Shown here: in pieces, positions 1-8,604 of the stretch
Numbering within the stretch: position 1 is the first letter of the stretch
How the letters are laid out: each line of letters begins with the position of its first letter
Assembly: GCA_965261395.1 (NCBI GenBank)
Contig: OZ253462.1
Location: forward strand, 480,001 to 544,000
DNA: 64,000 nt
Source of the DNA: Candidatus Latescibacterota bacterium
Lineage (GTDB): Bacteria; Latescibacterota; UBA2968; UBA8231
Direction of reading: 5' to 3'
Translations under genes and position numbers: made by a program
Notes under the pieces: generated by a model
What the model was told of the DNA's origin: nothing
Databases searched by the model: none
What the model saw: the letters and a program-made list of their open reading frames with translations, nothing else

Positions 1-474
1 CGCAGGAGGCTGCATCAATGGCGCAAAAGGAAGCAAGCCCGAATGCCCCTCGTCGAGAATGCGTTGACCGTCTAGTTCAACCAGCCGAATCACTTGGTAT
101 TGCACCAACACTCGGAAGCCGTGCCGCTCTTGGGTATAGTGCCCCGGATCGGTGCGGCCGGCGTCGGGACGCAAATAGATGACGCTGGAGTAGATCGGTA
201 GGCCGTGCTGCTCAATGCCGCGCCCGATATAGCCGGCCATGCGGCGCGGCATCGGCGGGGTGCTCTCGGTGGTTTGAAATTCGTGATGAACCAACGCCTC
301 CTCATCGCCGATGCGCACGCGGATGAGGCTATCGGTGCGATGGGCTTCAACGGTGGGTTGCTCGGTGTCAATCACGCCGAGCACCTCAAGGTCGTCGTGC
401 TGAAGGGCGAAGCGGGCAAAGTCGTGGGGGTAGGTGTGGATGAGATGTTTGGAGATGGTGTCAAATTCGGCCAT
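1..474 (-). CDS. Rpn-family (recombination-promoting nuclease / putative transposase) PD-(D/E)XK protein, 3' end runs off the window
   Basis: Not in the ORF track. Manual translation from ATG 474: MAEFDTISKHLIHTYPHDFARFAL...HRTDSLIRV...LVHHEFQT...MPRRMAGY...PIYSSVIYL...GLLPFAPLM, open to base 1. D-S-L, H-x-E-F-Q, RM-x-x-Y and LLPFAPL are typical Rpn-like motifs. Confidence 0.75.
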   Translation of the reverse strand, partial: MAEFDTISKHLIHTYPHDFARFALQHDDLEVLGVIDTEQPTVEAHRTDSLIRVRIGDEEALVHHEFQTTESTPPMPRRMAGYIGRGIEQHGLPIYSSVIYLRPDAGRTDPGHYTQERHGFRVLVQYQVIRLVELDGQRILDEGHSGLLPFAPLMQPPA

Positions 475-551
475 GAGCAATGCCTTGGACGGTTGAGACG
501 ACGGAGGCGTTCTAGTGGGGAGCCCACCGCGTAACGTCCGCTCCTAACAAT

Positions 552-568
552 CGCAATATCCATGCCAA
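552..568 (-). promoter_or_regulatory. Putative sigma-54 (-24/-12) promoter for the Rpn gene
   Basis: Minus strand TTGGCATGGATATTGCG matches TGGCAC-N5-TTGC with correct GG/GC spacing, about 80 bp upstream of the ATG. Confidence 0.5.
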
Positions 569-740
569 GGCGGCAGCACAGCGGGGAGGACGGGGCCGTG
601 CGGGGTTCGACTGTATCGGGCACAACCCATGAATGAAACCTTTAGGGACTATACCGACCCAGAAGTCCCAAAAATTTCGGGTCGGGACGCACGCGGCCCG
701 AGCAAGTCGTGGTTCATCGTTTTACGATGTTACGCACGGG

Positions 741-863
741 GGTATGGGATGCTGTTCACGCCTGAAGGCGAGGTGAAACAACTACGCTTCGCTCCGCTCA
801 GCATGACAGGCAAAGAAAAGGGCTAACCCTTGTCATGCTGAGCGAAGCGAAGCATCCCATACC
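741..863. repeat. Inverted pair of REP-like elements (TGTCATGCTGAGCGAAGCGAAGCATC type), left copy interrupted
   Basis: 831-863 TGTCATGCTGAGCGAAGCGAAGCATCCCATACC; its reverse complement (one mismatch) lies at 741-808, split by a ~35-bp insert. Confidence 0.75.
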
Positions 864-925
864 TAGAGGCCTAGTAACATCCGTTATTCTTCTAACAGTT
901 CCTCTGGGGTTTAGAACCTGTCAAG

Positions 926-2904
926 CTATCGCAGCAGGATGAGCTTGCGCGTCAAGACAACCTCGTCCGTCACCAGTCGATACAGGTACGCACCGCTGGC
1001 CACAGGACGACCGGCAGCGTCCCGACCGTCCCAATGCAGCCGGTGGAGACCGGCTTGCTGCGGCCCTTGATGCAAGACCGCCACTCGTTGACCGCTCAGC
1101 GCGAACACTTCGAGGCGCGCCGAACCCGATTTTAGCAGGAAGTAGGACAAGATTGTCTGGCTGTTGAACGGATTGGGCGCGTTTTGCAGCAACTGCGGGC
1201 CCTCCAATGCTTGCCCCGCCAACTTGCCGCTTGAGAAAAAATCGTCGAAGCCAGCTAAGTCCGTCTCTTGCCCGGTCGCACTAAAGGTCACCCCCACATC
1301 AAGCCCCGCGACCGTCGCCTCAACCGTGTTGTCCCCCGGAGTGCTGCCCAGCCGCAGGGTGGTGGCGGCGCGGCCGTTGGCATTGGTGGTGGCCGTGGTG
1401 GCCGTGAGGGTTCCCCCGCCAGCGGTGACCGAAAAAGAGACCGCCGCCCCGGCAAAGGCCGCGCCGTTTTCATCCGACACGGACACCACAAACGGCGCGT
1501 CCAGTTGGGCACCGGCTGGTCCTTCTTGGCCATCGCCGGAGACTATGGTCAGGCTATGGGGCGTTGTGTACCCGGTAGCGGTGAAGGTCGCCGACCCAAG
1601 CCCGGCCACCGTCGCCGTGACGGAATTCGACCCCGGAGTGCTGCCCAGCGTCAGCGTGGTGGAGGCTTGGCCGCTGGCATCGCTGGTGGCCGTGGCCGCC
1701 GAGAGCGTCCCTCCACCAGCGGTGACCGAAAAAGAGACCGCCGCCCCGGCAAAGGCCGCGCCGTCCGCATCCAGCACCGAAACCACAAACGCAACAGCCA
1801 ACGTAGCGCCGGCCGGGCCTTGTTGGCCATCGCCGGAGACTATGGTCAGACTATGGGGCTGGGGAGCCGCCGGCTCGTCACCGGCAGAAGTACCGCGCGG
1901 GGTGTCGCTACCGGCTCCCGAATCGTCCGACGATTCCTCCGACTTCGCCTGCGGGGTGTCGCTACCAGTGTCCTGATCGTCCGATGAGTCATCCGACTCC
2001 TCTTGCGGGGAGGTCTCCTCGGCACCTCGACCTACACCAACACCATCATGGGAAAGCTGGTCGGGACCATGTTCGTGGTGGACGTGCTCGCCGGGCGGCA
2101 GGAAAAAATCGTGATAGACATGGCTATGGGACCGATGTCTATGGAATACATAGCCATCATGCTCGTGGTTTATCTCAGCATGACTATGTACATCATCAGG
2201 ACCATACCCCTCTAATGGGCCAGTATTTGGTGGATCCTGTGTTGCTACCCCGCTGTGGCTGGTTCCAAATTGATCTCCCTCTGGATTATGTCTGTGATTC
2301 ACATACCATTCACCATCCCCACCATTGACGCGATGTCCGTGTGCCAGGACATCTAAGTCAGAATGAGAACCGCGGCTATACAGCCCATCATCGTCATAAT
2401 CATAACTACCGAGGTCATGACGATGACGTTCATACTGTAATGGAGAATTGGATCCAACTGCGTGGCCATGCCACGGGCCCAGTCCGCTTTCAATGGTGCC
2501 TTCCTGACCGACTTCGGGTCTGTCTACGCCTGGATGCTCATAGTTCCAATGAATATGTGGCATATACCAGGTTTGTTTTACCCTTCCGTCACCATCCTCG
2601 TTGTAGATCGGGCTGCCTTCTAAGATCGCGTCTTCGTCTTCTGGGGCGTTTGGGTCGCGGTCTCTCCAGCGGTCGAAGGTTCTGTCGTTACCGTCACGCC
2701 GTCGTCATCACCAATAGGGTTTATAATCTCAGAAGCAAAATTGAACCACATCGTATCACTATCCTTATCGTGGTCGTGCCATCGGTGACTTATACTTGCT
2801 GCGTGAGAAGTTCTGGCGTTGTGTCCGCTTGTGTCGTGTGCGCCAGCGTAGTTGGCGACGCAGAGCACGGCGATCGCTAAAGCGATAGAAGCTAAGTTTT
2901 TCAC
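926..2904 (-). pseudogene. Secreted His-rich protein with two Ig-like (Big_1-type) repeats and FlgD/T9SS-type C-terminal domain; 1-nt frameshift near 2698 (real or sequencing error)
   Basis: GTG 2904 with AAGGAG RBS encodes a signal peptide (MKNLASIALAIAVLCVANYAGA). The frame of ORF 926..2563 stays open upstream to ~2700 (RDGNDRTFDRWRDRDPNAPEDEDAILEG...). C-terminus LLQNAPNPFN...WDGRDAAGRPVASGAYLYRL. Confidence 0.75.
1270..1860 (-). repeat. Tandem 297-bp (99-aa) intragenic repeat encoding Ig-like domains
   Basis: GACTATGGTCAG at 1541 and 1838; PHSLTIVSGDGQ..GPAGA.L...FVVSV.D..GAAFAGAAVSFSVTAGGGTL occurs twice. Confidence 0.9.
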
Positions 2905-3263
2905 GATAGGTCTCCTTCTAAAGAGAGGTTTGTGGAGTGATTCCCCTGATCTCAATCTTGCGACAAATTTCAGGGGGTAGCGTGTCAAAGAGGCGGCAAA
3001 CGTGTTCAGACAGGCGCAAAAAGAGGCGGCAAACGTTTGTAAATAAAGGACAAACGTTCATAGCAGGTCGCACGACCAAGGACCGAGCAGGCGCGGCCAA
3101 ACAGACGTTGGCCGCAGTATGGAGAGAGTGGGTCTTAGAGAATTAGGAGGCATAAATAATTGTTTTTGAACGACTTATACTATTATTTCTGTCGTCCAAA
3201 GCTCGGGACCGGACGCTACATGAGGCCACCGCACCAGCCGCTGTCTTATCATCGGAAAGGGAA

Positions 3264-3333
3264 AGGAGGATATGAGGAGGATATGAGGATATATTGATTA
3301 TAAGGCAATCACAACTTATAAGGCAATCACAAC
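3264..3333 (+). repeat. Two short tandem duplications upstream of hicB
   Basis: AGGAGGATATG x2 (3264-3285) plus a partial third copy; TTATAAGGCAATCACAAC x2 perfect (3298-3333). Confidence 0.85.
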
Positions 3334-3363
3334 GAAAAAACGTTCCCCCGGAGGATAAAGAGT

Positions 3364-3552
3364 ATGATTAAATTGACTGCTGCTATCGAAAAAGAGCAAG
3401 AGACAAGGCTGTTTGTGTCCTATTGCCCTCAGGTAGGTATAGCCAGTCAAGGAAAGACAATGGGAGAGGCAATGGACAACTTGAAAGAGGCCGTGTCCCT
3501 TTATCTCGAAGAAGTTACGGAAAGCCATCACAGGGAGCTACACCTTGCCTAA
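3364..3552 (+). CDS. hicB: HicB-family antitoxin (short form, no DNA-binding domain)
   Basis: FVSYCPQVGIASQGKTMGEAMDNLKEAVSLYLE is the HicB signature; GGAGGA RBS. Confidence 0.85.
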   Translation: MIKLTAAIEKEQETRLFVSYCPQVGIASQGKTMGEAMDNLKEAVSLYLEEVTESHHRELHLA

Positions 3553-3777
3553 AATCCCATCAGGAATATCTTCGGAGAAGGCCCTGAACGCCCTTGTGCG
3601 TTTGGGGTTTTCTCTGTAAGACAGAGGGGGAGTCACATGGTACTTAAAAGATCCTACCCCGAAGGCGGGCACGATACCATGATTCTTATAGAGGGAAACG
3701 AAATGGCTATATTCACCCTTACAGCCAACCTACGGAAAGCCAACGTCGAAATAGACGACTTTCTTGAGGCTCTTTAG
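3545..3777 (+). pseudogene. hicA: HicA-family mRNA interferase toxin, frameshifted
   Basis: TTG 3545: MPKIPSGISSEKALNALVRLGFS, shift near 3612-3617, then VRQRGSHMVLKR...TLTANLRKANVEIDDFLEAL*. Length 233 nt, one base short of a whole number of codons. GSH catalytic motif present. Confidence 0.75.
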
Positions 3778-3933
3778 GACCATGATCTGATTCCGTCTTT
3801 TTTATAGCGCATTTTTATTTAGCTAGCAGCATAAAGATTTCTCTGTTCTGATTGGGCTTATTCCACAGTAATCCAATGGACGTTGCCCATGGCAGCTCAT
3901 ACTGCTTCTACTGTCGTGTACTCAGGGCAATGG

Positions 3934-6459
3934 CTAAAAGTTGTAACTGACTTTTGAGTACCAAAATGCCCCATTAAAACCAAATGGGGTGTACTCGCTG
4001 TACTTTTCACCCACAGAACCTTTGTTCCTATTTTCTTCTGGAAAGGTATTGAGCACATTGCGGGAGCCAAGCGTGATCCGCATTTTTTCATTCAGTTTGA
4101 TACTGGTTTCAACATCAAACAACGGCCATACCGCGGGATATGTTTGATCGTTATCTCTGTCCCACCAGGAATCGTAATAGCTCATGCGAATCAAGGAATC
4201 CCACCTATCGTTAAAAGATTGCGTCAGAGTCGCGTTGGCGCGGCTTTGGGGCAGTGCTTCCTCCAGTTGCCGCACGCGAGTCTCGCTCAATGTCTCCGTG
4301 AGTTTGGTTACTTCTGTGTCTGTGAAGTTGTAAACAAAGCTGACATCGCCATTGCCCACAGGTGTGACAAAAACGATGTCAACGCCAAGGGTTCTGGTTT
4401 CGAAGTCGTTGATGAAGAAACGAAAGGTTTGGATATTTCTCGCGCTCGTTATGCCCGAAGCGATCAATTGGTCGCGCTGGGCATCGGCCAGAGAGTAGTC
4501 CGTTGAAATACCGAGGCGGTCCTTCAGGTCAATTAGAAACCCATCAACGGTTAAACTGAAGTTGGCTCTGTCCACAATAAAGCCAGCCGTGAGGTTGTTC
4601 GACTTTTCAGGGTTGAGAGGCTTGCCACCCACCAGTTCGGCCGTGGCGTGGGTTGACGGAATGGTACCTATGTTGACCAAATCATTTAACGCGGGATCGA
4701 ATCGAGTTGATACGTTAAAAGAATTTTGTTGACCGGGTGTGGGTGCTCTGAAACAGGTGCTGAAACTGCCGCGCAATTTCAGGTCTTCGGTGATGCTGAA
4801 GTTGGTAGCTGCTTTGTAGTTGAGGGTCGAACCAAAGTCACTGAAGTTTTCATAGCGCAGCGCGAGACCGAGCAACCAATTGTCCGACGGGGTTAATTCG
4901 GCATCCCCATAAGCCGCATAATTGGACCGACTCCAGTCGCCGGCAGCAATATCGCTAAAGCCGGAAAATCCATTGGACGCCGCACTAAATCCCTGAGAGG
5001 CCAAAGGACCCATTTGATAGGACTCGGGTTGTCCCTGCACAACTTCGTATTTTTCATTTCTGTATTCGAGACCCGCGGCCAAGAAGACCTGATCGCTTAC
5101 CGGAAATGTAAGGTCGAGATTTAAATTGAGGTCTTTTTGGATATAAGTTCCGGGATCAAATTCCGTGGGGGTATTGCGTCCCAAAGAGGCATTTACCGTG
5201 TTCTTGATCGCGAAGTCGGCTTCGTGGCTTCCGTAATAAGCACTGAGGTCCCATGTCCAGAGCGGGTCAAAATTTGCGCCTTTAACCCCCACGAGCAGGG
5301 ACTGATCGGCGGTGGTGCCGCCAAATCGGGGGGTGAAACCGCCGGGAAAGAGTTCGCGGAACGTGAAATAGTCGTCTCTATTATCTAAAACCTGTTGTAG
5401 CGCGTCCGGGTCTGCCACGTTGTCGGTTATGGCGACTACGGGAGGATCGGGCGCATCGGGGTCCAATTTGCCCACGAGCAAGGTCTCACCGCCATCGGCA
5501 CTAAAGACGCCCCCGCGCGTATTGGGATTTCTGAAGAAGAATCCGCCTTCCACTTCTTTGCTCGCATAGTTGGCATAGCCATAGAATTTGGTGTTTTCCG
5601 CCAAGTTCCCGCCGTAGTTGGCGAAGAATTTGAGGTCGTTCCTGATGATGGGCGAACCCCAAATTTGGGCGGGATCGGCCACATCGGTATTGCCGGCGGC
5701 AATGAGTGCTTTGGCGTCATCGCGTTGTGCCGATCGATCCGTCTCATCTGCGTTGCCATATTCCAAGCTGAGGTTGGCCCACGCATTTTCTCTTCCCAGA
5801 CCGATATTGCCAGCGAAACTGTGCGTAAAACCATCGCCGGCCTGATAGATACCGGGTTTGATTTCAATTGAGCCGCCTCGGTAGTGGTCTTTGAGTTGGA
5901 AACTCATCACGCCGGCAATGGCGTCAGAACCGTATTGTGCGGAGGCACCATCGCGCAGGACTTCCACTTGTTTTAGAGCAATCGCTGGAATGACCGATAG
6001 GTCGGCCCCTTGCGCGCCATCTGATACGCCATTGCCATGCCAAACGACGAGAGAGCTGCGATGGCGGCGTTTGCCGTTGATGAGTACCAGCGTGTGGTCG
6101 GGGGCCAAGCCGCGCAGATTGGCAGGACGGACAAGCGTGGAGGCATCACTGATGGGTTGGGTGTTGACATTGAAGGAAGGCACAACCGTTCTCACCAGAT
6201 TTTGCAAATCGGCTTCGCCTTGTTTGCCGATCTCTGCGCTGCTGACCACATCAACGGGCACGGCCGATTCGGCGACAGAACGCGGTTTTGCTCGGGAACC
6301 AATGACCACCAATTCTTCGAGGATAACCACTTGGTCAAGGACAGATGTCGTATCCGTGCTTTCGGAACGCGGCGTTTCCTGCGACGCGGCAGGTCCATAC
6401 GGAATGAGCATGGCAGCCATGCCGAGTACGAGAGACAAAAAACGAGATTTGTGTTGCAT
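3934..6459 (-). CDS. TonB-dependent receptor
   Basis: Signal peptide, EELVVIGSR, plug motifs LRGL...LVLINGKR and VEVLRDGASAQYGSDAIAGV, C-terminal YNF. Confidence 0.95.
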   Translation of the reverse strand: MQHKSRFLSLVLGMAAMLIPYGPAASQETPRSESTDTTSVLDQVVILEELVVIGSRAKPRSVAESAVPVDVVSSAEIGKQGEADLQNLVRTVVPSFNVNTQPISDASTLVRPANLRGLAPDHTLVLINGKRRHRSSLVVWHGNGVSDGAQGADLSVIPAIALKQVEVLRDGASAQYGSDAIAGVMSFQLKDHYRGGSIEIKPGIYQAGDGFTHSFAGNIGLGRENAWANLSLEYGNADETDRSAQRDDAKALIAAGNTDVADPAQIWGSPIIRNDLKFFANYGGNLAENTKFYGYANYASKEVEGGFFFRNPNTRGGVFSADGGETLLVGKLDPDAPDPPVVAITDNVADPDALQQVLDNRDDYFTFRELFPGGFTPRFGGTTADQSLLVGVKGANFDPLWTWDLSAYYGSHEADFAIKNTVNASLGRNTPTEFDPGTYIQKDLNLNLDLTFPVSDQVFLAAGLEYRNEKYEVVQGQPESYQMGPLASQGFSAASNGFSGFSDIAAGDWSRSNYAAYGDAELTPSDNWLLGLALRYENFSDFGSTLNYKAATNFSITEDLKLRGSFSTCFRAPTPGQQNSFNVSTRFDPALNDLVNIGTIPSTHATAELVGGKPLNPEKSNNLTAGFIVDRANFSLTVDGFLIDLKDRLGISTDYSLADAQRDQLIASGITSARNIQTFRFFINDFETRTLGVDIVFVTPVGNGDVSFVYNFTDTEVTKLTETLSETRVRQLEEALPQSRANATLTQSFNDRWDSLIRMSYYDSWWDRDNDQTYPAVWPLFDVETSIKLNEKMRITLGSRNVLNTFPEENRNKGSVGEKYSEYTPFGFNGAFWYSKVSYNF

Positions 6460-6704
6460 TGTACCCCCCTGTGATAAATCTCAGTTCAGTTACGGACACG
6501 ATTGCATTTCACAGAATATGTAGAAGTCAGCAGCAATGCAAGAGATACGTTATACAGACAAAGATACGCTTCAAGCGGACAGAGAATGTCCATTGCGTAA
6601 AAAAATTTAATGGTTGGCTTTTTTGCCCCCACGTACCCCAAGTTTGCCCCAGCCTATACCACCTCATACATTCCCCGCATAGACCCCCACTCAGGAGCCT
6701 ACCT

Positions 6705-8591
6705 ATGAAACGCATCACTACCACCGACTTCCGCGACTATCGCCGCGACCGCTTCATCGACACCCAAACCACCCCCGCCGCCCGCCTCGCCCCCACCTAT
6801 ATGATCACCAACGAAATGGGCGTTGACGGCGACATTTGCGAGGAACTCACCCCTGCTTCTTGTGCAAAAGTCGAATTCGACATCCCCTCGGCTAATCTCA
6901 AAGGGGCCGAACTGCTCTTTTACGTCAACGCCGACAAATCCACCGCCGACAAACCCATGCGGCTCCAAGTCAACGGCCATGTCCTCACCCACCGCCAGGA
7001 CCGTGAGCGCATGCTCACCGGCGGTTGGGACCGCAAGAAAATCGCCGCCAAATACCTCAAAGACGGCACCAACGAATTCGTCTTTTCGCACAGCGGCGTG
7101 TTGCACATCGACCCCTTTCCGGGCGGTCTGGCCGACGCGCCCTCAGGCCGTTCGAGCCGCAGCTTTGACGGCGGCAAGACTTGGCACCAAGGCACTTTGG
7201 GCGAAGCCCGCGCCATCGAAGGCGAGTACCTAGTGAGGTTGCGCATCAAGGGGCACCCGCCCCAAGGGACGCTCTGCTCGCCGGTCATCGACCTCGCCGA
7301 CGAAGAGGGCAGCGGCCGCATTGCCCCGAGGCTGGGAATTCGCCGCCTGCACCTGAAAGCGCGGATGCGCCAGCCGCAGGGGACCCAGATACACTTCGAA
7401 CTGCGCACGGGTTCGACGCCTTCCTTTGATCCGCGCACTTGGACAGCTTGGGAACGATCCACCGCCTTGCAGTGGTCCGGGCGCTTTGCGCAGTGGCGCG
7501 CTGTCCTTGAAACCGATTCGGCCAACAAGACCCCGACGCTCCAGGCCGTCACCCTCGAAGCCGATATCGAGGAAGACGCCCAAAGCCTCGTGCCCTTCAA
7601 GCGGGCAGAATTCGACCAACCCGAGCTCGTGTACAGCTCGTACCCCTTCGCCTATATGGGGCTGCATCCGCACCAAGAGCGACTGCGCAAGCAGTACCGC
7701 CTCGACGAGGTCATCGCCGCGGGCAAAACCGAACTCGAACAACTAGCCCTGTTGCGTGACTGGGTCCACAGCCAGTGGCTAGGCTGGCAATCCGACAAAT
7801 ATCCCCATTGCCCCTCCTGGAATTCGCTCGAAGTCCTCGACACCACCAAAGGCGACTGGGGCTTCGGCATGTGTACCCACTACGGGGCGGTTTTCGCTGG
7901 CTGCGCCTCATCCCTAGGGTGGGTGGCCCGTTCAATCGTCGTCGATCACCATTGCTTGGCTGAGGTCTGGTGCGAAGAGTTGCAAAAGTGGATCCTCGAA
8001 GACGCCGGGCCGAGCCGCGAATTCGACGCCACCTACGAAATCGACGGTGTACCCCTCAATGCCTTGGAGCTACACGAGGCCGCGGCGGACGAGCGGCGCG
8101 AAAAGATCATGGCCAACAAGCTGCCGCAAAAGATCGTCGAACAGATGAGCAGCTATATCGACGTCTTCTGCCGCTTCGGCATTCCGCTGCGCAATACGCA
8201 TCTGATCTTCTCCGAGCCAGCCGAGCTGCGCCACGGTGCCGGGCAGTACCACTGGGACGGCTATTTGTGGTGGTCGGACGATGTCGATCCCCGCTACGCC
8301 GAATACTCCTTGCAGACCTCTCGCACCGGGGACTTCTACTGGTCGGTCAACCAGACGCGGCTCTACCTCCAAGTGGCGGAAAAGGCGCGTACTCTGCAGG
8401 TCGATCTAGAGCACACCGCGCCCAACTTCTCGCACTTCTTGGTGCGCCAAGACGGCAGCCCGTGGCTCGAAGAGCGCGAGGCTCGCTTTGAGTGGACGCT
8501 CACCGCGGGCGAAAACCTGCTCGAAGCGCGGGCGGTCAACGTCTTCGGCAAGAAGGGCCGCATCGCCAAAGCGCACGTCGAAGTGTCGTGA
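6705..8591 (+). CDS. Transglutaminase-like (Cys-His-Asp) domain protein
   Basis: AGGAG RBS before ATG 6705; LRDWVH...GMCTHYGAVF...HHCLAEVW...KWILEDA fits the transglutaminase-like triad. Confidence 0.7.
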   Translation: MKRITTTDFRDYRRDRFIDTQTTPAARLAPTYMITNEMGVDGDICEELTPASCAKVEFDIPSANLKGAELLFYVNADKSTADKPMRLQVNGHVLTHRQDRERMLTGGWDRKKIAAKYLKDGTNEFVFSHSGVLHIDPFPGGLADAPSGRSSRSFDGGKTWHQGTLGEARAIEGEYLVRLRIKGHPPQGTLCSPVIDLADEEGSGRIAPRLGIRRLHLKARMRQPQGTQIHFELRTGSTPSFDPRTWTAWERSTALQWSGRFAQWRAVLETDSANKTPTLQAVTLEADIEEDAQSLVPFKRAEFDQPELVYSSYPFAYMGLHPHQERLRKQYRLDEVIAAGKTELEQLALLRDWVHSQWLGWQSDKYPHCPSWNSLEVLDTTKGDWGFGMCTHYGAVFAGCASSLGWVARSIVVDHHCLAEVWCEELQKWILEDAGPSREFDATYEIDGVPLNALELHEAAADERREKIMANKLPQKIVEQMSSYIDVFCRFGIPLRNTHLIFSEPAELRHGAGQYHWDGYLWWSDDVDPRYAEYSLQTSRTGDFYWSVNQTRLYLQVAEKARTLQVDLEHTAPNFSHFLVRQDGSPWLEEREARFEWTLTAGENLLEARAVNVFGKKGRIAKAHVEVS

Positions 8592-8604
8592 ACCTACCCT
8601 GCCT

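Noticed and set aside
3264-3333. CRISPR array or replication iterons
   Set aside because: Only two adjacent copies of each unit, no spacers, and no cas or rep gene in the window.
4745-4765. STCFRAP in the TonB receptor where STGFRAP is usual
   Set aside because: A single-base difference; cannot be told apart from polymorphism or sequencing error.
6459-6704. N-terminal extensions in the ORF track (also 8488, 10063, 27144, 28310, 31409, 53428)
   Set aside because: Better RBS-backed or homology-consistent starts lie downstream; the extensions cover promoters or neighbouring genes.
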